Of a DNA stretch of 19,529 nt, positions 1-7,723 are shown one piece after another. The DNA lies in the NCBI GenBank assembly GCA_046758365.1, contig JBHIAC010000050.1:1-19529 (forward strand), in the 5' to 3' direction. The translations under genes were made by a program, and so were the position numbers. The stretch's first letter is position 1. Each line of letters starts with the position of its first letter. The stretch comes from a bacterium. Its GTDB lineage: Bacteria; Zhuqueibacterota; Zhuqueibacteria; Oceanimicrobiales; Oceanimicrobiaceae. The notes beneath the pieces were generated by a model. The model worked only from the letters and a program-made list of their open reading frames with translations, did not search any database and was not told the origin of the DNA.

Positions 1-462
1 TACACTAGTCATCATAAGCACCAGTATATCCATGGTAAAACCAGGGTTCACGCCTGTACCCACAATCACAACACCATGCTCTTTTGCTAACTTATCTATT
101 CGATTGCTGAACTCAGAATCACGGTGAAATGGATAAAAAAGCTCTTCGCAAGAAGATATTACCGAGGATTTTGATCCAATACAAATTTCCAACTGATCTT
201 CTATTTTATTTAAAAAAGAACTGGTAGAATGGAGAATCACATCCGGTTTTGAAATTTCTAACAATCTGACTGGATCAGGAGAAACCTCAGTACCCAATTT
301 ATGGTTCAAATTTAAAACTTCTCCCAAATCTATACCCACTTTATTGGGATCGATATCAATACCACCAACCAATTTTAGGTTTCTTTTTTGTAGAACCAAT
401 TTTGCGGCGGCTATTCCAATAGGCCCCAGTCCGTATTGTACAACTTTTATTTGGTTTCCCAT
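1..462 (-). CDS. NAD(P)H-dependent amine dehydrogenase family protein (2,4-diaminopentanoate dehydrogenase Ord / DapB-like N-terminal Rossmann domain), 3' end beyond window
   Basis: Not in the ORF track because it runs off the edge. Manual translation from ATG 462 (in-frame alternative ATG 468; AGGA upstream) gives MGNQIKVVQYGLGPIGIAAAKLV...GGIDIDPNKVGIDLG...KPDVILHSTSS...ISSCEELFYP...IDKLAKEHGVVIVGTGVNPGFTMD, open to position 1. GxGxxG, xCEEL and GTGVNPGFxMD are typical of this family. Confidence 0.85.
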   Translation of the reverse strand, partial: MGNQIKVVQYGLGPIGIAAAKLVLQKRNLKLVGGIDIDPNKVGIDLGEVLNLNHKLGTEVSPDPVRLLEISKPDVILHSTSSFLNKIEDQLEICIGSKSSVISSCEELFYPFHRDSEFSNRIDKLAKEHGVVIVGTGVNPGFTMDILVLMMTSV

Positions 463-496
463 AATCATATCCTATTAAAGGTATTACATAAATTTT

Positions 497-1219
497 TCAT
501 TTGTTTGTTAGTTGTTTCACCTTCTCTGGTTTAGGTAAAAGTACAATTTCAATTCGTCTATTTTGTGCCCTACCTTTTCTAGTTTTATTGGTTGCAACGG
601 GCCTAAACTCCGCAAATCCCGTTGATTCCAAGTTTCGTGGGTCAATGCCTATTTTTTCATGAAGAAACCGAACTACATTGGTGGCTCTGGCAACTGAAAG
701 TTCCCAATTGCTGGGAAATTTTTTCTGAAGTTTTGGGTGAATGGGTACATTATCAGTATGCCCTTCAACTATGATACGTTTGTTTTTTGTTTGTTTTAGA
801 ATCTTACCAACTTGAGTTAAAATCTGAGTACCTTTTGGCGTAATTTCTGCTTCACCAGAAGGAAAAAGAATCCGATCAACAATATTTACATTTAGCTGGT
901 CAGCAAGTCGAGTGATGGTGATTTCACCTCTTTTGACTTGTTCCTGTAACCCTGAAATCAATTCATCAAAAGTAGATTTTAATTTTTCAATTTCCTTTTC
1001 TTTTTCCTTGGATAATTCTTTTACTTTTTCTTCGAGCTGTTTCGACAATTCTGTGTTTTTTTGTTTTAAATCCTCGACCTGAAAGAGAAGTTCTTGGTTT
1101 TTTTGATGGGCTTCCTCCAAGAAAGTCTGCAGGGGTGATATTTTATCTAGATAATAATACCCCGCAATACCAAGAAGCAAAACAATTACGATCATCAGAT
1201 ATGTAGATAATGAAGTCAT
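497..1219 (-). CDS. OmpA/MotB-family peptidoglycan-binding protein (N-terminal TM anchor, coiled coil, C-terminal OmpA-like domain)
   Basis: ILFPSGEAEI, IIVEGHTDNVPI, SNWELSVARATNV and GRAQNRRIEI motifs. Start overlaps the upstream stop (ATGA, 1216-1219). Confidence 0.9.
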   Translation of the reverse strand: MTSLSTYLMIVIVLLLGIAGYYYLDKISPLQTFLEEAHQKNQELLFQVEDLKQKNTELSKQLEEKVKELSKEKEKEIEKLKSTFDELISGLQEQVKRGEITITRLADQLNVNIVDRILFPSGEAEITPKGTQILTQVGKILKQTKNKRIIVEGHTDNVPIHPKLQKKFPSNWELSVARATNVVRFLHEKIGIDPRNLESTGFAEFRPVATNKTRKGRAQNRRIEIVLLPKPEKVKQLTNK

Positions 1220-1701
1220 CTTTGCCTCCTTTCTGCCCTTTTTTGCACTTTGGTTATTTCGTATACAGCAATTCCAAAAGCGACTGCAACGTTTAAGGAT
1301 ATCTTTATACCTTTCATAGGAATTTTAATTAAAATGTCTGCCAGTTGAATTACTTCTTTGGTAACTCCATTGTATTCATGTCCAACCACCAGACATAAAG
1401 GAAATCGGTAATTGGCTTCATCGTAGGGAATGCTCTCTTTCATTGCTTCTAATACGACAATTTGTACATTATCCTTTTTTAATCTTTCAATGAGTTCAAC
1501 ACTGTTTGGATAATATTCCCAAGCGATACTATCCTCAGCTCCTAAAGCCACTTTTCGAATTTCACGATGAGGTGGTTTTCCAGTAATTCCCGTCAAATAA
1601 AGTTTTGAAACGCCAGCCCCATCGGCTGTTCTGAAAATAGCGCCTACATTGTAAAGACTGCGAACGTTTTCCACCAACGCTAATATGGAACCTTTAGGCA
1701 A
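1216..1701 (-). CDS. SpoU/TrmH-family RNA 2'-O-methyltransferase (SPOUT)
   Basis: NVRSLYNVGAIFRTA, VVGHEYNGV and IPMKGIKISLNVAVA SPOUT motifs. TTG start preceded by GAGGGAG. Confidence 0.92.
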   Translation of the reverse strand: MPKGSILALVENVRSLYNVGAIFRTADGAGVSKLYLTGITGKPPHREIRKVALGAEDSIAWEYYPNSVELIERLKKDNVQIVVLEAMKESIPYDEANYRFPLCLVVGHEYNGVTKEVIQLADILIKIPMKGIKISLNVAVAFGIAVYEITKVQKRAERRQR

Positions 1702-1852
1702 CGATAGGATTCTCCCTCATGGTTACTTTAATAAAATTGTAAAACAGTTTGCCGGTAATGGTTGACCGTTTCACGCACAATCTCAAAACTCAATGTAGGT
1801 CGCTTCGTTCCAATTGTAGATTATTTTTAAGTGATACCGTATTAGTGGGTAA

Positions 1853-1881
1853 AGGTTAAGAAAATTTTATGATGTTGTCAA
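1853..1881 (-). promoter_or_regulatory. Putative sigma70 promoter for the SPOUT/MotB-like/dehydrogenase unit
   Basis: Minus strand TTGACA (1881-1876), 17-nt spacer, TAACCT (1858-1853). Confidence 0.5.
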
Positions 1882-2214
1882 GGAAAATATACTGGCCAAA
1901 TTGTGAGGTTACCTTTTAACTTTATTGTATAAGGAACTGAAAGATTAATTTATAGTTTAAAGTACAAAACAAGTTGAGTCGATAATTTTAGTATTATGAC
2001 TTAACGTGAATAATTCATATCCACGAAACAAAGTATTGAAAAAACTAATATAAATAAAATTCAGAGAACGAACTCCAAAAACTCAGTTTAAAAATCGCTC
2101 TTCTTATAACTTCTATATTCTTTTATAACTAATGCCTTTGTGGCGGGAATTTATAAATAATGCAGGTTAAATTTATAAGCTCTATTGATATAGTTATGTT
2201 AGAAGGGGTTAAAG

Positions 2215-2796
2215 ATGAAAAATAACATTTATCTGATAAGTATAATTTCAATTTTTATTTTATGTATGAGTTCAAAGAATTCCTCAGCAGCGACACCTAA
2301 GTTTCCTGGTAATAACGCTAATTTTGTTAGCACTTATAGAATTATTGCTAAACGTGGTGAAAATTTGAGTTTTTTGCGAACTACCCTTTTATCGTACACC
2401 TTTCAATGGGGCTTTGTCTTTACTATTAATCGTGGACTTGGGCGAGAAATTCGCAATTCTAATTTTAAAAGATGGTTAAAAAATATAACCACACTTCCCG
2501 AAATTCCTGACGGAGATCACTGGATAACCAATTATATCGGCCATCCACTATTAGGTGCCAGTATATATGCATTCTACAGAAATCGAGGATTTTCAAACAA
2601 GGCGAGTATAGCGGGTACATTTTTACAAAGCACTCTCTTTGAATATACTGTGGAAGGTTGGAAAAAACCACCAAGCGGTATTGATCTTATTGTCACACCT
2701 GTGGTTGGCAGTATAATCGGTTCCCAGGTTGGTATGAGTTCCTTTATCCTTTCTTCATCTTACGCTATTAGCAAATATATTTTTAGTCTGTTCTAA
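2215..2796 (+). CDS. Exported/membrane protein, DUF3943-like
   Basis: Signal-peptide-like N-terminus. DGDHWITNYIGHPLLGASIY...RNRG...STLFEYTVE...PSGIDLIVTPVVG resembles the DUF3943 pattern. Confidence 0.7.
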   Translation: MKNNIYLISIISIFILCMSSKNSSAATPKFPGNNANFVSTYRIIAKRGENLSFLRTTLLSYTFQWGFVFTINRGLGREIRNSNFKRWLKNITTLPEIPDGDHWITNYIGHPLLGASIYAFYRNRGFSNKASIAGTFLQSTLFEYTVEGWKKPPSGIDLIVTPVVGSIIGSQVGMSSFILSSSYAISKYIFSLF

Positions 2797-2838
2797 ACCG
2801 TTTACACTTTAATATCCTTTCAAAAATTATTTCAGCAG

Positions 2839-2867
2839 TTGCATTTTTTAACATTTTAATTTATATT
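2839..2867 (+). promoter_or_regulatory. Putative sigma70 promoter upstream of the PP2C gene
   Basis: TTGCAT (2839-2844), 17 nt, TATATT (2862-2867). The AT-rich context makes chance matches possible. Confidence 0.4.
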
Positions 2868-2959
2868 ATAAACTGTTACCCATAGCGAGAACAGCTTCTA
2901 TTGTATTGTCAATCAATTCTTTGTTTTTGGGGCAAGAAATTTTATTACTAAAATATTTA

Positions 2960-3103
2960 CCAACGGATTAATGCGGCCAGCGGATATTTTCAAAGTTATT
3001 TTTGAATACCACATCCATCAAAGGCATCTCATTGCACGGTACCGGTAACCAATTCGTACAATGAGAGATGGGCTTTTATCCGTTTGCCGTATCTATCCGT
3101 TGG
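2960..3103. repeat. Long imperfect inverted repeat / branched hairpin (MITE-like or structured leader)
   Basis: CCAACGGAT..ATGCGGC..AGCGGATA pairs with TATCCGTT..GCCGTAT..ATCCGTTGG. Inner stem CATC-TCATTGCACG / CGTACAATGA-GA-GATG. Confidence 0.75.
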
Positions 3104-3198
3104 GTTTAATTAGGACTTGTAATCCTTGTCTTAATCTTAAATGAGGATTAGCCGCGCAGGAAATTTATGACAACTTTTAAGGAATAATCTGTTAGGGT

Positions 3199-5583
3199 AT
3201 GAATACAGTTCAAAGAATCAAATGCATTTTTTTAGCCCTTTTGGGAGTAATCTTTATTGCTACCTACTTCTGGTTATTTGAAAAATCCAAACTTGCAAAC
3301 CTTCTGCACCTTCATGTGTCAAAGCGTGAAATTTTAGCCAAAGCTGAACAAGCTTATCAGGAATCTCCACTTGCAAAATACAAATTATCTGAAAAGGTTA
3401 ATATCATTATAAATAAGAATTTACTTCACTATGCACAACTAAATGTGGATGGAGATAGTTCTAAAGCTTTTTTCCCAGTTGGAACCTGGGAAATTGACTG
3501 GCGTGGCAAAGTTGAAACCGAGGAAGAAGAAAAAAAACAGGCTCGCTTTAATGTAGAATATGATTTTAAAGGCAATCTCATTGGGTTTATCAAAGATTAT
3601 CCCCAATCTAAGGAACTCTCTAATCTTCAAGAGCCAGAGGCACTTGCTGAAGCCAAGATTTTTCTTGCCCATCAAAACGTAGACACTTCTTCCATCGAGT
3701 TGACAGAAAAACGTATTACCAATGAAGACAACATATCTACCTATAGATTTTCCTTCACTTCACCTTCTTCCATTTCACCCAATCTCAAAGAAAATTTTAT
3801 GCTTACAATCTCTGGAACAGAAGTGACGGGTTATAGCGTAACCACTGCTCTGAACAAGGATAAATTTGAATTCCCTAAAATAGAACATACAACTGAAACT
3901 ATTGCAGATGTACTAACGGTTGTGGTTTGGGCTGTCATCATTATATTTTCAATCGTGGTATTCATCAAGCGTGTGCGGCATGACGAAATTGAATTTAGAA
4001 GAGCCATTTGGATGGGAATTGCTGTTTTTGCTTTAATGTGGACTAGCATTGCTTTCGAAAGTTGGCCTGAATGGTGGGGTGTTCTCCTTGGCGGTGGTCT
4101 TGGTGGGCTGTTTACCGGCGGGGGTCTCTTAATCGTCTATGCTGTTACAGAATCATTAAATCGGGAAGTCTGGAAAGAAAAATTAGCCTTAACAGATCTC
4201 CTCTTTCAAGGATACAGCCGGGTCAAAGAAACGGGAACAGCCATACTTAACTCATTTTTTATGGCAGGACTGATCCTGTTGGTATTAGGAATCCTAATTT
4301 GGCTGAACAGCAATCAAGGTATAGGCTACCTAACGATCGACGAGGAGAACTTGTGGATATTTAAGGGTACATTTGGGATTTTTACCACCATTTGCAGGAA
4401 ATTAGTGGGCATTCTTTATATTGGCTTTATGTTTCTTTCATTCTGGCCTACCTATTTGAGATCAAAGATTCAGAACAAAACTGTTTTGATCATTTTAATT
4501 GCTCTGTTTTTTCACCTTACCTATTTGCCCTCAGGGTATCTTCGACCAACTTATTTAGCCTTTTTTCCTATGATCCCGATTGCCATGCTCTGGGCTTATT
4601 TGGCCTATAAATATGATCTTTTTACGATCTTGATGACCACGATTGCTATTTATCTCTTTACAGAACTCTCTTTCATCTCGTTTCTACCCGATGGATTTCT
4701 CAGTCCTGTAAGTGTAATCATTGGGATATTGACTTTTTTTATATTGCTTATCGGGGTTTATCTTATTTTTACTAAACGTTCGGTAAAAGATTTCGAACAT
4801 TATGTGCCTGAATATGTCAGCCGAATCGCTGAGCACGAAAGATTTTTGAAAGAGTTGGAAATTGCCCGAAGTGTTCAGATGAGATTTTTACCACAATCGG
4901 TTCCTACATTTCCCAATTTAGATATTGCCAGCATTTGCCGACCAGCCATGGAAGTAGGAGGAGATTATTACGATTTCATCAGAGAAGGAAATCAATGCCT
5001 TAGCATTGTCATAGGGGATGTGTCGGGGAAAGGAGTTTCTGCTGCTTTTTACATGACCATGGCCAAAGGGATCATTAAAACGCTATCTAAATCGACAAAA
5101 CATCCTAAAGAGTTACTTACAGAAATGAATACAATATTTTATGAAAATGCTCCAAGAGAGGTATTCATTAGTGTAATTTATGGTCTGTTTGACATGAAAA
5201 ATAAAACGCTTACTTTCGCACGAGCAGGACACAATCCTTTAATTGTGCGGAAAAGCATGGTGAGTGCCCCAGAATTACTAAATCCCAAAGGACTGGCAAT
5301 TGGTTTGGAAAGTGGTCAGCTTTTTTCAACCACCATTGAAGAAAAAACCTTGCCCATCGAACCCGGAGACCTTTTTGTTTTTTACACCGACGGAATTTCC
5401 GAATCCATAAACAAAAATGGTGAAGAATTTGGCGAGGAAAGATTCCAGCAATTAATAAGTCTAAATGCTCATCTTTCTGCACAAGCGATTCTGGATAAAA
5501 TTACGCAAGAAATAAATAAATTTGCTGGTAATGCAAACCAGCACGATGATTTTACTATGGTGGTGGTGAAGGTAGGTGGGTAA
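3199..5583 (+). CDS. Multi-pass membrane PP2C/SpoIIE (RsbU-like) serine phosphatase with N-terminal extracytoplasmic domain
   Basis: ELEIARSVQ, EVGGDYYDF, IGDVSGKGVSAA, ARAGHNP, FYTDGISE and HDDFTMVV motifs, preceded by many TM segments. Confidence 0.92.
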   Translation: MNTVQRIKCIFLALLGVIFIATYFWLFEKSKLANLLHLHVSKREILAKAEQAYQESPLAKYKLSEKVNIIINKNLLHYAQLNVDGDSSKAFFPVGTWEIDWRGKVETEEEEKKQARFNVEYDFKGNLIGFIKDYPQSKELSNLQEPEALAEAKIFLAHQNVDTSSIELTEKRITNEDNISTYRFSFTSPSSISPNLKENFMLTISGTEVTGYSVTTALNKDKFEFPKIEHTTETIADVLTVVVWAVIIIFSIVVFIKRVRHDEIEFRRAIWMGIAVFALMWTSIAFESWPEWWGVLLGGGLGGLFTGGGLLIVYAVTESLNREVWKEKLALTDLLFQGYSRVKETGTAILNSFFMAGLILLVLGILIWLNSNQGIGYLTIDEENLWIFKGTFGIFTTICRKLVGILYIGFMFLSFWPTYLRSKIQNKTVLIILIALFFHLTYLPSGYLRPTYLAFFPMIPIAMLWAYLAYKYDLFTILMTTIAIYLFTELSFISFLPDGFLSPVSVIIGILTFFILLIGVYLIFTKRSVKDFEHYVPEYVSRIAEHERFLKELEIARSVQMRFLPQSVPTFPNLDIASICRPAMEVGGDYYDFIREGNQCLSIVIGDVSGKGVSAAFYMTMAKGIIKTLSKSTKHPKELLTEMNTIFYENAPREVFISVIYGLFDMKNKTLTFARAGHNPLIVRKSMVSAPELLNPKGLAIGLESGQLFSTTIEEKTLPIEPGDLFVFYTDGISESINKNGEEFGEERFQQLISLNAHLSAQAILDKITQEINKFAGNANQHDDFTMVVVKVGG

Positions 5584-6012
5584 TTATAATTGATTAAATT
5601 TTTTTATTCCCTCTTTCGCTTTGATCATGTGCCAAACCGTTTTTAAAAATTCTTTGTCATTTATTAAATAATTTATAACCTCCTCTAAAATTTTATCCTC
5701 TTTTTCTTTATAATAAGATTTGAAAGACTCATCCTGAACTTTTGAGATAGTAGTTTGAATTTCTTCTTTATAATATTTAGGACCTGAACCAGAAATTAAC
5801 CAAACTAAATTAACACCAAATTCTTTTGAAAATTCTAATAAAAAAAGTGGGGTTGGACGACCAATTCCTCTCCACCATTGAGAAATAGTAACTTTTTTGA
5901 TACCAAATATTTTGGATAAATCATCCAGTTTTTTATTATTTTCTTTGCTAACAAGCTTTAGTCTCGCTCCTAAAGCCTTCCTGTACTCCTCATCATCTCC
6001 AAGTTTAATCAT
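5584..6012 (-). CDS. XRE/Cro-CI-family helix-turn-helix transcriptional regulator
   Basis: LGARLK...LSKIFGIKKVTISQWWRGIGRP...FGVNLVWLISGSG is a CI-like HTH. No S24 peptidase domain is visible. Confidence 0.8.
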   Translation of the reverse strand: MIKLGDDEEYRKALGARLKLVSKENNKKLDDLSKIFGIKKVTISQWWRGIGRPTPLFLLEFSKEFGVNLVWLISGSGPKYYKEEIQTTISKVQDESFKSYYKEKEDKILEEVINYLINDKEFLKTVWHMIKAKEGIKKFNQL

Positions 6013-6204
6013 TAAAATTAACGAATTAATAATTAATACTATAATTATATTATTTTTTACTTGATTTTGTCATTAATTATAACGATATTCACCAATGATG
6101 ATTGATGAATATTTTTTTAAAAGCTTTTGATGATAAAAGCTGCGTATCCTATCGACCCCGTAAACTGAGTTGAGACTACGGAGTTTGATTTTTCATTCTC
6201 TTTA

Positions 6205-6233
6205 AATATACATGATAATTCAAATAATGTCAA
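6205..6233 (-). promoter_or_regulatory. Near-consensus sigma70 promoter pointing toward the XRE gene
   Basis: Minus strand TTGACA (6233-6228), 17 nt, TATATT (6210-6205). Confidence 0.6.
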
Positions 6234-6268
6234 GGGCCTAAGCAAAATAAATAATTTACAAGGGAATG

Positions 6269-6510
6269 TTTTAACCCAGATTCTGAAAAATCAAACAGAA
6301 GTTGAAAAACTTGGCCGCTTTAAGGTGTTAATTTACAAGATGTAACAAAGGTATAAGGTATAGGGAAATAAGGAATTTCATCGCATTTTTATCGACCTCA
6401 AATTTCCTTATACCTTATACCCTAAACCTTGTATTAGTGAGCTTTAAAAACACAAAGACTCCAGTTGTTTGAATTCCACTCTCATAGGTTTTCCGAATCT
6501 GGGTTTAAAA
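6269..6510. repeat. Nested inverted-repeat element (~240 nt) with heptamer-repeat inner arms
   Basis: Outer TTTTAACCCAGATTCTGAAAA (6269-6289) / TTTTCCGAATCTGGGTTTAAAA (6489-6510). Inner GGTATAAGGTATAGGGAAAT (6350-6369) / ATTTCCTTATACCTTATACC (6402-6421), 19 of 20 complementary. Confidence 0.85.
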
Positions 6511-6547
6511 TTGATTAGGTGGACTTAGGGCTTTAATATTTTAGAAT

Positions 6548-6988
6548 ATGCAATCAACATTAATAAAATTCTGGAAAGTTATTATAAAAGATATTCCACA
6601 TTTTGGTTATCATCCAGATTTTAGCATAATGCAACATTTATTTCGTGACATTCTAATCGCTTGGGGTTCTGGTACCTTATTAAAAAATTATTTTGGTTTA
6701 GATGTTTATAATGCATATTTGGCAAGTAGTCATATTGCTTTATATTTTTCTGCAGGTTTTGAAGCAGGCAAAGGTATCAATCATTGGACTCCCTCTTTAA
6801 ATTCTCACGATTTTTTTGATCCGTTAGATTGGTTGATATCTGTTTTTGCCGGATTTGGAGTTTTTTCTTATATGACTACAACTTTAGATTATTTTGTGTT
6901 CGTAAAACTCATTTATCTTTGGTTGTTAGGTTCCATTTCATTATATCTTATAAATAAAATCCTAAATAGAGAAATTATAAATCTATAG
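6548..6988 (+). CDS. Hypothetical small multi-pass membrane protein (H...E...D-x-x-D pattern reminiscent of VanZ/YfiM-like proteins)
   Basis: 146-aa ORF with about 4 hydrophobic segments and QHLFRD...FEAGKG...DFFDPLDW. Confidence 0.6.
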   Translation: MQSTLIKFWKVIIKDIPHFGYHPDFSIMQHLFRDILIAWGSGTLLKNYFGLDVYNAYLASSHIALYFSAGFEAGKGINHWTPSLNSHDFFDPLDWLISVFAGFGVFSYMTTTLDYFVFVKLIYLWLLGSISLYLINKILNREIINL

Positions 6989-7020
6989 GATTTGCAGCTT
7001 CTTCGCCTTCGAAAGTCTTG

Positions 7021-7215
7021 GACATCGGCTGGAGTGCTGAATTTGCCATCCCTTTTCACACTTTACGTTTTAGCAATGGGAAATCACAAATTTGGGGGCT
7101 TAATTTTTAGCGTAATATTCACCGGCGTAATGAGAAAACATTTTTGGCACGTCTACTCCGACAATTTAATTTACAACGGCTCTCCCTGGTTCGTACCCTT
7201 ATCTATGAAGGCTGA
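7021..7215 (+). pseudogene. Internal fragment of a DUF5916 / CBM9-like (DOMON) protein gene with in-frame stop
   Basis: The frame from 7021 reads DIGWSAEFAIPFHTLRFSNGKSQIWGLNF*RNIHRRNEKTFLARLLRQFNLQRLSL, with TAG at 7108-7110. GWSAEFxIPFxxLRF...WGxNFxRxIxRxNE is the characteristic motif. No start or upstream part is present. Confidence 0.75.
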
Positions 7216-7723
7216 ATTTTTCTCGGCATGGTTTTCTTCTGAGTTTCCAAAGTTTTTGATCGATTGTCCCTTTCTTTTTAACACGACTCACAACCTTAAT
7301 ATCCACTTATCACAAATTGATTGCCCCTATTATTATTTGTTGTTAAATTGAGATATCATGCTTAAGTTAAATGCAATTCCGTGTGGGATGTTTAAAAGGA
7401 CATCTTGAAAAATATTGAAATACAGGCAAACAAGAAATCAATATTTCAAATGAGGAGACTAAAATGAAAAGCTTAATTTTATGACTCTTTTTATTAGGCC
7501 TTTTACTTACAGGGTATGAAAGGCATTTTACGTCCATTCAATAAAAATTGAGAGAATCCAAGAAATTATGTTATTGAACAATATTCTGGATTACTATTTA
7601 TTAAACAAATAAAGATTATCTGAAAATATAAAGTAATCTTTTTTCTTTCAAAAGATGTCGTCCTCAATATGGGGAAGCGAAAACTACATTTATCAATACC
7701 TTCGAAATAGCTTAGGGCAACGC

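Noticed and set aside
497..1219. Flagellar motB or Zorya ZorB
   Set aside because: There is no MotA/ZorA partner upstream, and no conserved TM Asp motif (W...Y/FxD) is seen in the N-terminal anchor.
6269..6510. Retron msr-msd ncRNA
   Set aside because: Terminal inverted repeats and a long stem are present, but no reverse transcriptase is encoded in the window and the fold looks like one nested rod.
5584..6988. Prophage
   Set aside because: Only a CI-like HTH is present, with no integrase, cro, replication or structural genes.
6992..7351. 119-aa ORF from the track
   Set aside because: TTG start, no recognisable motif, and it overlies a clear DUF5916-like relic in another frame.
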